From: Myxococcales bacterium
Lineage (GTDB): Bacteria > Myxococcota_A > Polyangia > Polyangiales > SLQV01
Length of the DNA: 61,128 bases
Direction of reading: 5' to 3'
Assembly (NCBI GenBank): GCA_007131285.1
Contig: SLQV01000017.1
Location: forward strand, 1 to 61,128
Each line of letters starts with the position of its first letter. Within the stretch, counting starts at the first letter, position 1. Of the stretch, positions 29,144-39,488 are shown in pieces. A program made the translations under genes and the position numbers. The notes below the pieces were generated by a model. The model was not told the DNA's origin. It made no database searches and saw only the letters and a program-made list of their open reading frames with translations.

Positions 29144-29770
29144 GTGGCAGCTCAGGCAAAAAAGCGCTGGCGGGACCACTACACTGATAAGGCACGTCAA
29201 GCGGGCTTCGCGGCCCGCTCAGTCTTTAAGCTTGAGGAGATAGACCGGCGCTTAGGGCTAGTCCGTCCTGGGCTAAAAGTGCTGGACTTGGGTGCATCGC
29301 CCGGCTCCTGGACACAGTACGCGCTTCAACGACTGGCCGGCTCCGGACACTTGGTCGCAGTCGACCTTAAGCCACTCCACGGAGTCGGCGCGCATCCGAG
29401 GCTCACTTTTCTTGAAGGCGATATTTTTGAGTTTAGTGCGGAAGAGCTGCAGGGTGGTCCCGAGCCTTTCGACCTTATCCTCAGTGATATGGCACCCGCT
29501 ACGATCGGTTCTCGCACGGCAGACACGCTGCGCTCCGCAGCCCTGTGTGAGCGAGTCGTTGATGTTGCGGATGCCTGCCTGCGTCCGGGAGGAGGCCTTC
29601 TGCTGAAGCTCCTGGAGGGTCAAGGCACGGCGCAACTGCGTAGTCGACTCAAGACGGACTACGCATCCCTGCGAGCCTTCAGGCCTGATGCAACCCGTAA
29701 AGCCAGCAGCGAAACCTTTCTCTATGCCTTGAAACCCGAATCATCCGGTGGGAAGGGAAGCGAGGGTTGA
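29144..29770 (+). CDS. rlmE: 23S rRNA (uridine2552-2'-O)-methyltransferase RlmE/FtsJ
   Basis: ARSVFKLEEID, SAM motif VLDLGASPGSWTQY, SDMAP, KLLEG. GTG start with GGAG 7 nt upstream. Confidence 0.9.
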   Translation: MAAQAKKRWRDHYTDKARQAGFAARSVFKLEEIDRRLGLVRPGLKVLDLGASPGSWTQYALQRLAGSGHLVAVDLKPLHGVGAHPRLTFLEGDIFEFSAEELQGGPEPFDLILSDMAPATIGSRTADTLRSAALCERVVDVADACLRPGGGLLLKLLEGQGTAQLRSRLKTDYASLRAFRPDATRKASSETFLYALKPESSGGKGSEG

Positions 29771-29902
29771 GCGTCGGCCGGGCACAATAAAACGCAGGCG
29801 CGGGACAGGACACGACCTCTCTAAACACGAGATTTTTGCGAAAAGAAAATGCAAAGCCGTAGCGGATCGATCTAAGGCTAAAGCGTTTTAGGTGCTTTGC
29901 TC

Positions 29903-32566
29903 TTAGAGGACGGCGCGGAGCTCGGCACAGAGCGCCGAGACCTTAGTATCACTCGGAAACTCACCCGCTAGCGCGCGAACGTAAAAAACATCCGTTACCT
30001 TATTTCCATCCGTGGCGACGGCTGAATAAGTGATTTCGAGACCATGCTCAGCGAACACCCGCGTCAGGCGCGCCAATAGGCCCGCGCTGTCCGCTGCCCG
30101 CACCTCGATGATCGCAGCTTCGCCACGCTGCGTGCGCTCGAAGGAAATACGCGGTTCAATAGGTGGCAAGCGCCGGCGCATAAGCGGTGGACTCACCTCG
30201 AGCATGCGGCGTCTAGCTCGCACGAGGACTGGCATCTCACCTGCGCCCAGCGTGGCGTGCAGTGCGGCCTCCACCTCGGCAAGTCGCTCCTTTGTCCAGC
30301 ATTCTCCACTACGCTCATTGACGGTTAGCAGATCGAAGCGCTGCTTGGTCGACTCGACGGACCGATCACGTCTTGCAACTGCCGCCGGGTCATACCAGGA
30401 GCGAGCTCCAACGATGTTAACGCCGCTTGCCTCAAGATCCGCGGCGATGGCGGGCAGCAAACCGCGGGGGCTAGTGCTGCAAATCAGAAGGTCTGCGTGC
30501 TCGCGACGGTGCCGGATCCGTCCAAAGATCTCAAGCGTTGTTGCCCCGCCGCGAGCGATAAGCGCCTCTACCCAACGCGCAATATCGGTGGGCAAGCCCG
30601 CCAGCACGCGGGCTTGCCAAGTCTCGGAATCCGCTTCTTCAATGTCTGGGCACAAGAATCTCGACGCCTGGTCGTAGAAAGCCGTCAGCAGCTCCAACTT
30701 CCAAGGCGTTAAAGCTTTTTCACTCGTCGTCGCCAGATCACACAGGGTGAGTAGAAAGAGACGGTCGAGTACACCACGCGACGGGATGACGGCGCGCACC
30801 TCGCTGGCGGTCTCCGGATCGGTGACATCCCGCCGCATGGCCCAATGGTAGAGCTGCAGATGAAAACGGACGAGCCAGGCCACAGCAGCTGTTTCCTCAG
30901 CGCCTAAACCGAGTCTTGGGCAGATGGTTTCAGCCATCACCGCACCGACCTCTGGATGCTCCCTCCCCGCATTTTTTCCAATATCGTGGAAGAGCACGCC
31001 GAGAGCCAGTACGTGATCATCTGCCATTTTTGCAGCGAGCTCCGTGGTACGCGGGAGCGCGGCCGCCTCGGCACCGGACATCAACTGGTGCAGCCAGTCA
31101 AGGGCTCGCACCGAGTGCTCATCCACCGTGTAGGTGTGATAGACGTCAAAATGAACCTTTCCGACAAGCGGCACAAACTCGGGCACGACCGCGGTGATGA
31201 ACCCCAGGTCATGCACTTCTCGCAACAGCGTTCCCCGCGCGAAGACCGCAGGCGTCCGGGCAATCAGGATCTGAAGAAAGACCGCATGCGCCTGAGAAGA
31301 TTCGCGCAACTCGGCGATTACGCTTTCCGCGTGCCAAGCCCGTGCCAGAGCGTCTCGCAGCGTTGCACCGAGGGGCAAAGGACGCATGCGCGCCACCTCA
31401 ACCACCTCCAAGGTCTGAGCGGCCGTCAGCGTTTCACTTGCCCCGCCCTCGACATAGAGTTTAAGGCGAACCCCGTCCGTTCGAAGCTTTAGGCCCGTAC
31501 CCAAATCACGCACCAACTCCCATCGCGTGTCAGCAGTAGTGGTATCCAAGGCGCGTGACAGTAACCGCTCGCAGCTCTCCGCGACGATCTTCGCATGACG
31601 GTAGTACACCTGCATCATGCGTTCGGCCGCTTCCGCAGGGGAGGTACCAAAGCCGAGGCGTAGACCGATAGACTCCTGATCTTCGAAGCTTAGTCGGTCA
31701 TTGCGCATGCGACCCATCGCGTGAATGAGTTGGCGCAGATGCCAGGTGAAATCAGCCGCTTGCCGGACCGCAAGATGTTCGGACTCCCGAATCGCACCCG
31801 CTGCAACCAAGCGCCGAGTGCCGCGCGCGCCCCAACGAATGTGTCCCGCCCAGCTAATTACGTCTGCATCACGCAGCCCACCACGCGCGAGCTTAAGCTG
31901 AGGCTCGAGCAGGAAGGCAGAATCCCCAAAACGCTGATGCCGTTGACTCACTTCCTCGGCGAGCGCTTCCAGCAGGCGCCTACGTAGCGCTTCATCTTGC
32001 GCAAGCGCTTGCGCAAAAGCCGTCTGTAAAGATGCGAGCGGCCCCGCACTGCCGGCAACGATCTTGGTATCGAGCAGCGCTGTGGCCATTTTCAGGTCAG
32101 ACAACGCATGCGCCAAAAATCCAGCCTCGGTCTGAATGGTGTGGCCGACCTCAAGACCAGAATCCCAAAGTGGGTAGAGGAGGAACTCTGCGAAGGCTTG
32201 AGTGTGCGAACACGCCCCATCCCGACAGGACAATTCCGGCGCAAGCAGTACGAGATCAACATCGCTACGTAACGCGACCCTGCCGCGACCGTAAGAACCG
32301 ACCGCAACCAGCGTCGGCTCAAAGGCGGGATGCTTGCTCCCACTGGCCGGTTGACGCAGCAGCGCCGAGGACGCTGCGAAGAGCGACGTCAGCAGCCCAT
32401 CGAGCGCTCGTGACCATGCCTCAGCGACATGCACCCCATCCTGTCCATTCTGGAGCGCGCTTTGGGACCGACCGCGATGGAGGCTGATATAATCGGTTGT
32501 ACTGGCCACCATGCCAGACGCAATCGCGGCGGCGTTAACCTGCGCGTCTAGGGCTCCTAGCACCAT
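29903..32566 (-). CDS. glnD: Bifunctional [protein-PII] uridylyltransferase/uridylyl-removing enzyme GlnD
   Basis: 887 aa. Nucleotidyltransferase motif (VAVGSYGRGRVALRSDVDLVLL), HD domain (FHDIGK), two C-terminal ACT-like segments. Confidence 0.9.
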   Translation of the reverse strand: MVLGALDAQVNAAAIASGMVASTTDYISLHRGRSQSALQNGQDGVHVAEAWSRALDGLLTSLFAASSALLRQPASGSKHPAFEPTLVAVGSYGRGRVALRSDVDLVLLAPELSCRDGACSHTQAFAEFLLYPLWDSGLEVGHTIQTEAGFLAHALSDLKMATALLDTKIVAGSAGPLASLQTAFAQALAQDEALRRRLLEALAEEVSQRHQRFGDSAFLLEPQLKLARGGLRDADVISWAGHIRWGARGTRRLVAAGAIRESEHLAVRQAADFTWHLRQLIHAMGRMRNDRLSFEDQESIGLRLGFGTSPAEAAERMMQVYYRHAKIVAESCERLLSRALDTTTADTRWELVRDLGTGLKLRTDGVRLKLYVEGGASETLTAAQTLEVVEVARMRPLPLGATLRDALARAWHAESVIAELRESSQAHAVFLQILIARTPAVFARGTLLREVHDLGFITAVVPEFVPLVGKVHFDVYHTYTVDEHSVRALDWLHQLMSGAEAAALPRTTELAAKMADDHVLALGVLFHDIGKNAGREHPEVGAVMAETICPRLGLGAEETAAVAWLVRFHLQLYHWAMRRDVTDPETASEVRAVIPSRGVLDRLFLLTLCDLATTSEKALTPWKLELLTAFYDQASRFLCPDIEEADSETWQARVLAGLPTDIARWVEALIARGGATTLEIFGRIRHRREHADLLICSTSPRGLLPAIAADLEASGVNIVGARSWYDPAAVARRDRSVESTKQRFDLLTVNERSGECWTKERLAEVEAALHATLGAGEMPVLVRARRRMLEVSPPLMRRRLPPIEPRISFERTQRGEAAIIEVRAADSAGLLARLTRVFAEHGLEITYSAVATDGNKVTDVFYVRALAGEFPSDTKVSALCAELRAVL

Positions 32567-32669
32567 AGAATAATGAGGGACTTTACGCGCTTAAGCAAGG
32601 CGCGCAGAACGATGGCTTTCCAGAATACCAGCCGTGGCATCAGGCGCGAATGCACTTTAAACCTCACGC

Positions 32670-33965
32670 ATGCCCCGGAGCATCTCTGCATCACGCCCGC
32701 GCGGAACGATCACCGTCGGTCGCGACCGCTTATACGCGTCCCCAAGTAGGCGCAGCGCGTGTTTCAAGTCCAACGGACTGGAAAAACTAGCGGGCCTTAT
32801 GTTGGTGCCTCTCGCAGTCGCCTGCGATTTGGGACCGAGAAACACACGCAGCCACGACGACCATGGTCCGCTCTCGGACGCACCCAAAAAAGCTGTCGCG
32901 CCGCAGAGTTCAGCTGACGCCTCGTCCGCGTCTTACGAAGACCGGGGCATGGCGAACCGCTTAAAAGGCGCCACAGCCGAGCCCGATCTGCGCACGTTTC
33001 GACGCAAGCTGATGGGTACCTACTTTCGTATTGTGGTTCCTGAGCCTGCCACCGCAGAGACCGAGGCAGCCGTAGAGGCCGCGTTCGACGTTATGGGCAG
33101 AATTGAATTGCGCTTATCCGAATGGCTCCCGAATAGCGAAATCTCCCAGATCAACCGGGGATCAGGCAGCGGGGAGTGGCTAGACGTGCATTCAGATACT
33201 CTGGCGAACCTTCGGTTCGGCCTAACCATTTCAAAGTTAAGCGCAGGCGCTTTTGACTTAACATGGGCCGCACTCAGGGGACTATACAGCTTCGACGACA
33301 CGCGAAACGAAGCACCTAGCCCGCAAGCGATCGCGGCGCGACTGCCCCGCATTGACTATCGTGCGCTAGAGCTCGATGCCGAACGTTCACGCGCACGCCT
33401 GACGCGACCTGGCATGGTCATCGGCACCGGAGGCATCACGAAGGGCTACGCGCTTGATCAAGCTGCGCACCTGCTGCGGGAGCGCGGGGTACGCGACTTC
33501 ATGCTCGATGCCGGTGGCCAGGTACACCTAAGTGGACTTCGGGGTCGGCGCTCTTGGCGCTTCGCCGTACGCCACCCTCGCAAAGCGGAAGCACTGGCGA
33601 TCATCGAAGCGAGCGATGTTGCGGTAGCCACATCGGGCGATTACGAGCACTATTTTATGGATGCCGAGGGGCGTCGCTGGCATCACATCATTGACCCCCG
33701 CAGCGGGTATCCTGCACGCACGAGTGCCAGCGTGACGGTTCTCTCGGAGAATGGCATGGCCGCGGATGCCCTCGCGACCACCCTCTTTATTCTGGGACCG
33801 GAAGCAGGAAACGCGCTGCTCAATAAGCTCGACTACGCTGTTGAAGCCGTCTGGATTAGCACCGAAGGACTCATTACTGAAACACGCGGGCTGCACGGCA
33901 AGGTTGCCTACCGCGATGCAGAGGTCGAGACTGACCCACTGCGCATCAAAGCTATGACGCCCTGA
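32670..33965 (+). CDS. apbE: FAD:protein FMN transferase ApbE, probable lipoprotein
   Basis: MGTYFRIVV, GGITKGYALD, TSGDYEHYF, HHIIDPRSGYP, ADALATTLF. Lipobox LAVAC. Start uncertain (32670 or the internal ATG at 32799). Confidence 0.85.
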   Translation: MPRSISASRPRGTITVGRDRLYASPSRRSACFKSNGLEKLAGLMLVPLAVACDLGPRNTRSHDDHGPLSDAPKKAVAPQSSADASSASYEDRGMANRLKGATAEPDLRTFRRKLMGTYFRIVVPEPATAETEAAVEAAFDVMGRIELRLSEWLPNSEISQINRGSGSGEWLDVHSDTLANLRFGLTISKLSAGAFDLTWAALRGLYSFDDTRNEAPSPQAIAARLPRIDYRALELDAERSRARLTRPGMVIGTGGITKGYALDQAAHLLRERGVRDFMLDAGGQVHLSGLRGRRSWRFAVRHPRKAEALAIIEASDVAVATSGDYEHYFMDAEGRRWHHIIDPRSGYPARTSASVTVLSENGMAADALATTLFILGPEAGNALLNKLDYAVEAVWISTEGLITETRGLHGKVAYRDAEVETDPLRIKAMTP

Positions 33966-33988
33966 CGAAGCCGATCCCTGCACGCGCT

Positions 33989-35155
33989 TTGCCTTTCGGC
34001 ACCGACTGCGAGCCTGGTAGCCTAATCTCAGTGTTGAAGGATTTGTCGCTCGAGTCGCTCCCGTGGCCCACCATTGACGGCGCGCTGCTGCCACCCAAGG
34101 TACGCAAGTTCACCGCAGCAGAGGCGCCACGCGCCGCGCGCAACATGGCCGCGCGTGGCGCGCTGCCACTGGCGGCAGTGGAACTTGTCAGCACACTTGC
34201 CGCGCTGGCGGGCGGCGAGGACGAAGCCGCCAGCATTGCTCGCGAGAGCCTGAGCAACCTACCTCTTCCCGTCATGCGTGAGGCGGCCCCCAAACTGGCG
34301 CTCGCAGAAGCGCTACAGGCCATCGCCAAGGCCTGCGCGTCTCAACCGGAGATCCTACGTCTCGTTTCCGCGAATAAAGCGACTAATGACCAGACTTTTG
34401 TGGCACTGGCGACGACGCCTGATCGCGAGACGCTCGATATTCTCGCGAACAATCAGGTACGCATGCTCGCGGTACCGCTAGCCATCGAATGCCTCTACTT
34501 CAACCCGCTCGCATCCTCCGTTCTGCTCGACCGCTTGATCGAGCTTGCGGGCCGCGAAGGCGTTCCACTGACTGGCATTCCCGCTCTCGAAGAACACCAG
34601 ACAGCACTGGCGGCATCGGACGAGGTTTCCGCGCTCGCCGCGGAGGCGTTCGAAGCCACCCTCGCCGAGGCCCAACTGGCGGCGAATGGAGAGGCGGAAC
34701 TCGCGAACGAGGATATCGCAGAGGCGACACTCAAGGACGCGAAATCCAAGCCGATCGCGACGCTCATCGGTAAGATGAACATGGCCCAGAAGATTCGTTT
34801 AGCGACCTTGGGCAACGCTAGTGCGCGGGCGGTACTGGTTCGCGACGGCGCAAAAAACGTGGCTCTCGCGGCAATCAAGTCACCCGCAGTGAGCGTAGGG
34901 GAAGCCACCGCGTACGCACGCAGTAAAGAAGTCGCGGAAGACGTGCTGCGCTTCATCGGCAACAAGCGGGATTGGATGCGCTACTACGAGGTTAAACACG
35001 CCCTTGTCGCGAACCCCAAAGCACCCACCGCGCTCGCGCTACGGCTGGTCAATCACCTGCGAGACAAGGACGTTCGGGCGTTGTCAACGAGCCGTAATAT
35101 CCCGGCTGCCGTCAAAAATGCGGCGATCCAGCGCCTCAAGACCCGAGCGGGGTGA
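33989..35155 (+). CDS. Hypothetical all-alpha (HEAT/ARM-like repeat) protein
   Basis: 388-aa Ala/Leu-rich ORF with helical repeats. No catalytic motif recognised. Confidence 0.6.
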   Translation: MPFGTDCEPGSLISVLKDLSLESLPWPTIDGALLPPKVRKFTAAEAPRAARNMAARGALPLAAVELVSTLAALAGGEDEAASIARESLSNLPLPVMREAAPKLALAEALQAIAKACASQPEILRLVSANKATNDQTFVALATTPDRETLDILANNQVRMLAVPLAIECLYFNPLASSVLLDRLIELAGREGVPLTGIPALEEHQTALAASDEVSALAAEAFEATLAEAQLAANGEAELANEDIAEATLKDAKSKPIATLIGKMNMAQKIRLATLGNASARAVLVRDGAKNVALAAIKSPAVSVGEATAYARSKEVAEDVLRFIGNKRDWMRYYEVKHALVANPKAPTALALRLVNHLRDKDVRALSTSRNIPAAVKNAAIQRLKTRAG

Positions 35156-35288
35156 GGTGACACGCAAGCGAAGTTTTGTGAGTCCGAACCTAGCGGCTCA
35201 TGGATTGTCTCCCCAGCCCACCGCATGACATCTGGCGAGTGAACGCTGCGGGTTCGCGTTCGGGCAGGCGTGTACTAGGCTGCGCGAG

Positions 35289-36116
35289 GTGTATTCTCAA
35301 ACTCGCGATGCGAGCCGACGGGTCACCGCAACCGACCTAGCGAAGCTCCGAGACAAGGGCGAGGCTATCATTGCCGTCTCACTCCATGACGCATGGATGG
35401 CAGAACTTTTTGACCGGGCAGGCGCACATATACTGCTCGTCGGCGACTCCCTTGGCATGCTCTTTCAGGGTCAGCCTGATACCGTCGGCGTGACGCTGGA
35501 GCACATTATTTATCACACGCGCGCAGTGCGGGCCGGCGCCTCGCGCGCGCACGTCGTTTCGGATCTCCCCTTCCTTTGGGCATCGCGCAACGAAGATGCT
35601 GCGCTCGAAGCACTCGGGCGGTTGATGCAAGAGGGAGGCGCTGACAGCGTGAAGCTTGAGGCAACCGAACGCCAGATACCACTGGTGACGCGGGCAGTTG
35701 AAGCTGGCATCCCCATCATGGCACACGTGGGCCTAAGACCTCAGACGGCGCGCACGCTTGGCGGCTATCCGCGTCAGGGGCGAGACGCGCAGAGCGCAGC
35801 CACCATTCGCGCCACGGCCCAAGCCCTTGCGCAGGCCGGGGCCTATGCGGTGCTCGTCGAAAACGTACCAGACCATCTCGGCAGCGAAATCACCCAGCAG
35901 CTCACTGTCCCAACCATCGGCATCGGCGCGGGCGTCGGCTGCAGCGGTCAGATTCTTGTGGCCCACGATATTCTGGGCCTTTCGGAACGGACTCCACCCT
36001 TCGCCCGACCTTTCGCTGAGCTGGGGATTCAAGCCGCCGCAGCCGCTCGAGCCTACGCCCAGGCCGTCTCAAGCGGCCAAGTAGGCGGTCGGCCTCCGTC
36101 GACGACACGCTCTTGA
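35289..36116 (+). CDS. panB: 3-methyl-2-oxobutanoate hydroxymethyltransferase PanB
   Basis: LLVGDSLGM, VSDLPF, VKLEA, HVGLRPQ, ENVP. GTG start. Confidence 0.92.
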   Translation: MYSQTRDASRRVTATDLAKLRDKGEAIIAVSLHDAWMAELFDRAGAHILLVGDSLGMLFQGQPDTVGVTLEHIIYHTRAVRAGASRAHVVSDLPFLWASRNEDAALEALGRLMQEGGADSVKLEATERQIPLVTRAVEAGIPIMAHVGLRPQTARTLGGYPRQGRDAQSAATIRATAQALAQAGAYAVLVENVPDHLGSEITQQLTVPTIGIGAGVGCSGQILVAHDILGLSERTPPFARPFAELGIQAAAAARAYAQAVSSGQVGGRPPSTTRS

Positions 36117-36277
36117 TGCGCTGACGCATTTACTTAAGCCTACTGGCATCAAGCGAGAGGAAATAGGAACGTCGCCCAAACGGAGCGCGTTCCCGGGTCG
36201 ACCGCCGGGCCAGATTTAAGCCCTTGCTTCATCACGTTGGCCGCCGATCGGTGCCCGCATTGGCGCAAAGAACGCGC

Positions 36278-37222
36278 CTAGACGAAGGTCGCCAGGTCTG
36301 GTCCTTGGCCCAGCGCTGCGTTGTCGATCAGACGTGCACCCGCCACCTTAGCTGCGATGAGGCAGCGCGCCTCTGCGCTGAGCACTTGGTCCTCCGGCCA
36401 GGGCTCCAAAGTCTCCGGGTCAACGATTGCGGCGTAATCGAGGCACTCAATCTTGCCATCCGCGGAACGCTCTCCAGACAAACTAGGAACCACGGACTGC
36501 ATCCCAAGCACTTCGCGCACTCGGCTCTGGATGATAGGCACCGAGCGTGTCCCATCAGCGAAGCTGGCACGCGCGGCAGCGAGGGCTTGTACGAGGCGAC
36601 GCGCCACCGGGCGCGTGCTCGGCTTTAGGTAGGCGTTGCGTGTCGAAAGTGCCACCCCGTCGGCGTCGCGCACGGTTTCTACGCCGAGCACACTGCAGCC
36701 AAGGGAGAGATCCTTCGCTAGGCGTTGGACCACGCGAAGTTGCTGAAAATCTTTTTCGCCGAAGGCAATGATGGCCGGCCGGATAAGGCCGAAAAGCCGT
36801 GCAAGGACCGTTAGCACCCCCTCGAAATGTCCGGGACGGCAGGCGCCTTCCCAACGTAATCCGAGTCTTCCGGGCAAAACGCGCGTCTCGAAGCCAGGTG
36901 GGTACAACGCATCCACACTGGGCACGAATACAAGCGATACACCCGCCGCCTCACAAAGCGCGAGGTCAGCGTCAAGCGACCGAGGGTAGCGTTGCCAATC
37001 TTCCCCGGGACTGAACTGCAGCGGATTGACGAAAATAGATACCGCGCGCGGCACTTCCGCCGATCTGAGCGCTTCAATACACGCCAAGTGACCCCGATGA
37101 AGCCCCCCCATTGTAGGGACAAGTCCTACGCTACCCAGCGTCTCAAGGGTCGCCTTCAGCGACCCAACATCCCGAAGCACCTGCACACACTTAGTGTGCA
37201 ACCGAAGACCGCCTGACGCCAT
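36278..37222 (-). CDS. panC: Pantoate--beta-alanine ligase PanC
   Basis: VPTMGGLHRGHL, SIFVNPLQF, YPR, FGEKDFQQ. Convergent with panB. Confidence 0.9.
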   Translation of the reverse strand: MASGGLRLHTKCVQVLRDVGSLKATLETLGSVGLVPTMGGLHRGHLACIEALRSAEVPRAVSIFVNPLQFSPGEDWQRYPRSLDADLALCEAAGVSLVFVPSVDALYPPGFETRVLPGRLGLRWEGACRPGHFEGVLTVLARLFGLIRPAIIAFGEKDFQQLRVVQRLAKDLSLGCSVLGVETVRDADGVALSTRNAYLKPSTRPVARRLVQALAAARASFADGTRSVPIIQSRVREVLGMQSVVPSLSGERSADGKIECLDYAAIVDPETLEPWPEDQVLSAEARCLIAAKVAGARLIDNAALGQGPDLATFV

Positions 37223-37259
37223 CCAGCAGGTGTCTGAACCACGCGCTTGCGGCGCCCGG

Positions 37260-39488
37260 TCACTTCACTTTCGATCGCAAGTCGAAGCTCCAAAACCTAT
37301 CCTTCGCGCGCGCCTCTACTCGGCGATGCTCGATCGCTGAACCGAGACTCGGGTGGCGCACCTCCACTTCGACAATCGCATCAACTTCTAGGCCCGGAAT
37401 TTCCGCTGGAGCGGGGCCGTAGGGCACGCCGTTCACAAAGACAGCCGCACCCGCGGGCGACGACAGCACGGTCGCGGTGACACTCAGTGGCCTAAGCACG
37501 ACACGTAGCGGCGAGAGTTGTCCGGGCTCCACAAAAACACGCTCAGGCACGTAACCGTCTTTCACAAGCGTCACCTCGGCAAGACCGCCCTCGCCGCGTA
37601 CAACCTCAATACTGGCAGGCGTCTTGTCCTCATGGGCCACGCCGTTAACCTGAATATATGCGCCTGTTGGCTCAGATTCGATGCGAATCGTTGCTGAAGC
37701 AAGCCGGCCCCACACCACAACCGCGGCGACAAGCAACACAAGAACAATCCCAGCAGTCATACCGATCAGTGCGGCTGCACGAGAGTTTCCTGGGGGACGC
37801 ACGGGCAGTGTCGCCTGCGGCACTTGCTCTCGGGGGAGGTCGCGCGGCGAAGCGGGACGGAGAGGCGTGCGGTCAGAGGAAGGACCTTGTGCGCCGGCGG
37901 CGATATTGGCGTCAGTGTGGATCCGGCCACTCGACGGTTTAGTTCCGGGCGCGCGATCTTCGGCAGACCGTGCCACCGCGCGATCCTCAGCGCCAGCGTC
38001 CGCAGGACCACGTGTGGCATCGTGATCTTCTGGGTCTCGAATCAGGGGGTTGACCCCTGTGTTTTGGGATTTGTGACGGACGCGCAGCTGCCTAAGCGCT
38101 TCGCTAAAGCGATCGGGCTCTGCCGCGGGCTCCGCCTCTGAGGTCGCCTCGACATTCGCAACCGGAAGCAACGAAAGCACATTGGCCTTGGCGGGGACAC
38201 TCGACGGTGCCGCAAGACCCTCATTTATGAGTAAGGAGGTCGCAGAACGGCTTAAGCTTCCGGCACTCGCCAGCATGGCCTCGCGCACCGCTTGCCTTAC
38301 ATCAATATCAGGCTCGGAACGCTCCGAGTCGTGGGGAGAAGACGCGCTAACATGTGTGTCTGTGCCGAGAGGTCGTTCGGAGCGCAGCAGCGTTTTCCAG
38401 CGCGGCTTGCCCTTGTCGACAGACGCGGCAAGGGGAGGATCACTGCGCAGCAGCTTACGGACGTATTTGACAAGCTCCGACGGCGCAAAACCTGGCCAGC
38501 GTGCATGTAGGCAATCGAGGATCGCTTGCTCGAAACTGTTCGCGGAGGCGTAGCGTTTACTCGGATCTCGGCACAAGGCCCCCATCACCAATGCATCGAG
38601 GTCAGGATCCAGATCCGGCCGCCGGGTTGACGGTGGCGGAATATCTGCCGCCCGAACGGCAGTCAATAACAACGGAAAGTTGGGCTCGTTGTAAAGCAAA
38701 TCGCCGGTGAGCAACTCATAGAGCACCACGCCAGTTGAGAAAATATCAGTGCGCGCATCGACGGGGACTCCCTTCGACTGCTCCGGCGACATGTAGTGGT
38801 ACTTGCCTTTGATCACGCCGGCTTCGGTCTGCAGCGCGGAAACCGTCGCTTTTGCAATACCGAAATCCACAAGCTTAACTTCTCCCTCGCGACTGACCAC
38901 GATGTTCTGCGGTGAGATATCTCGGTGCACAATCGCCAGCGAGTTGCCGTCCTGGTCGCACTTTTTGTGGGCATAGTCCAATCCCGCACAGACTTGGGCG
39001 GCGATGAAAAGCGCCGACTCGACAGGAAGCGGTTGCTTGAGCTTGCGCGCCTTCAGGCCAAGGCGATGCAGGTCGGCGCCTTCGACGTACTCCATCACGA
39101 TGCAGTAGGTGCCGTCGATGCAACACAGGTCATACACCTGCGCGATACTCGCGTGGGTAAGGAGAACGAGCAGCTTCGCCTCGGCGACCAACGCATCAAT
39201 GAATGCGAGATCTTCAGCGTAGCGCGGGTGAATCATCTTGATCGCGACAAGCTTCTCGAAGCCCCCCACGCCGAGAGCCTTCGCGACATAGATCTCGGCC
39301 ATGCCGCCAGCAGCTAGGCGTCTAAGCAGCTCATAGGGCCCAAACCGCGCGGGCAAGTTTTGGCCTACTTCGACCACGTCACCGATCTTCTCGTTTCTCG
39401 TTGCACGAAACGCACGCCTTCCTGGAGAGGCACCTCTCGTCCCTCTGAGCGATGCTCGCAGAAATACAGATTTTTGTCGCGCTTTCAC
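37260..39488 (-). CDS. Hanks-type Ser/Thr protein kinase with TM segment and two extracytoplasmic PEGA domains
   Basis: AGGMAEIYVA, VAIKMI, HRDISPQNIVV, DFGIAK, YMSPEQ. TM LIGMTAGIVLVLLVAAVVVW. PEGA-like IRIESEPTGAYIQVNGV and VLSSPAGAAVFVNGVPYG. GTG start, uncertain. Confidence 0.9.
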   Translation of the reverse strand: MKARQKSVFLRASLRGTRGASPGRRAFRATRNEKIGDVVEVGQNLPARFGPYELLRRLAAGGMAEIYVAKALGVGGFEKLVAIKMIHPRYAEDLAFIDALVAEAKLLVLLTHASIAQVYDLCCIDGTYCIVMEYVEGADLHRLGLKARKLKQPLPVESALFIAAQVCAGLDYAHKKCDQDGNSLAIVHRDISPQNIVVSREGEVKLVDFGIAKATVSALQTEAGVIKGKYHYMSPEQSKGVPVDARTDIFSTGVVLYELLTGDLLYNEPNFPLLLTAVRAADIPPPSTRRPDLDPDLDALVMGALCRDPSKRYASANSFEQAILDCLHARWPGFAPSELVKYVRKLLRSDPPLAASVDKGKPRWKTLLRSERPLGTDTHVSASSPHDSERSEPDIDVRQAVREAMLASAGSLSRSATSLLINEGLAAPSSVPAKANVLSLLPVANVEATSEAEPAAEPDRFSEALRQLRVRHKSQNTGVNPLIRDPEDHDATRGPADAGAEDRAVARSAEDRAPGTKPSSGRIHTDANIAAGAQGPSSDRTPLRPASPRDLPREQVPQATLPVRPPGNSRAAALIGMTAGIVLVLLVAAVVVWGRLASATIRIESEPTGAYIQVNGVAHEDKTPASIEVVRGEGGLAEVTLVKDGYVPERVFVEPGQLSPLRVVLRPLSVTATVLSSPAGAAVFVNGVPYGPAPAEIPGLEVDAIVEVEVRHPSLGSAIEHRRVEARAKDRFWSFDLRSKVK

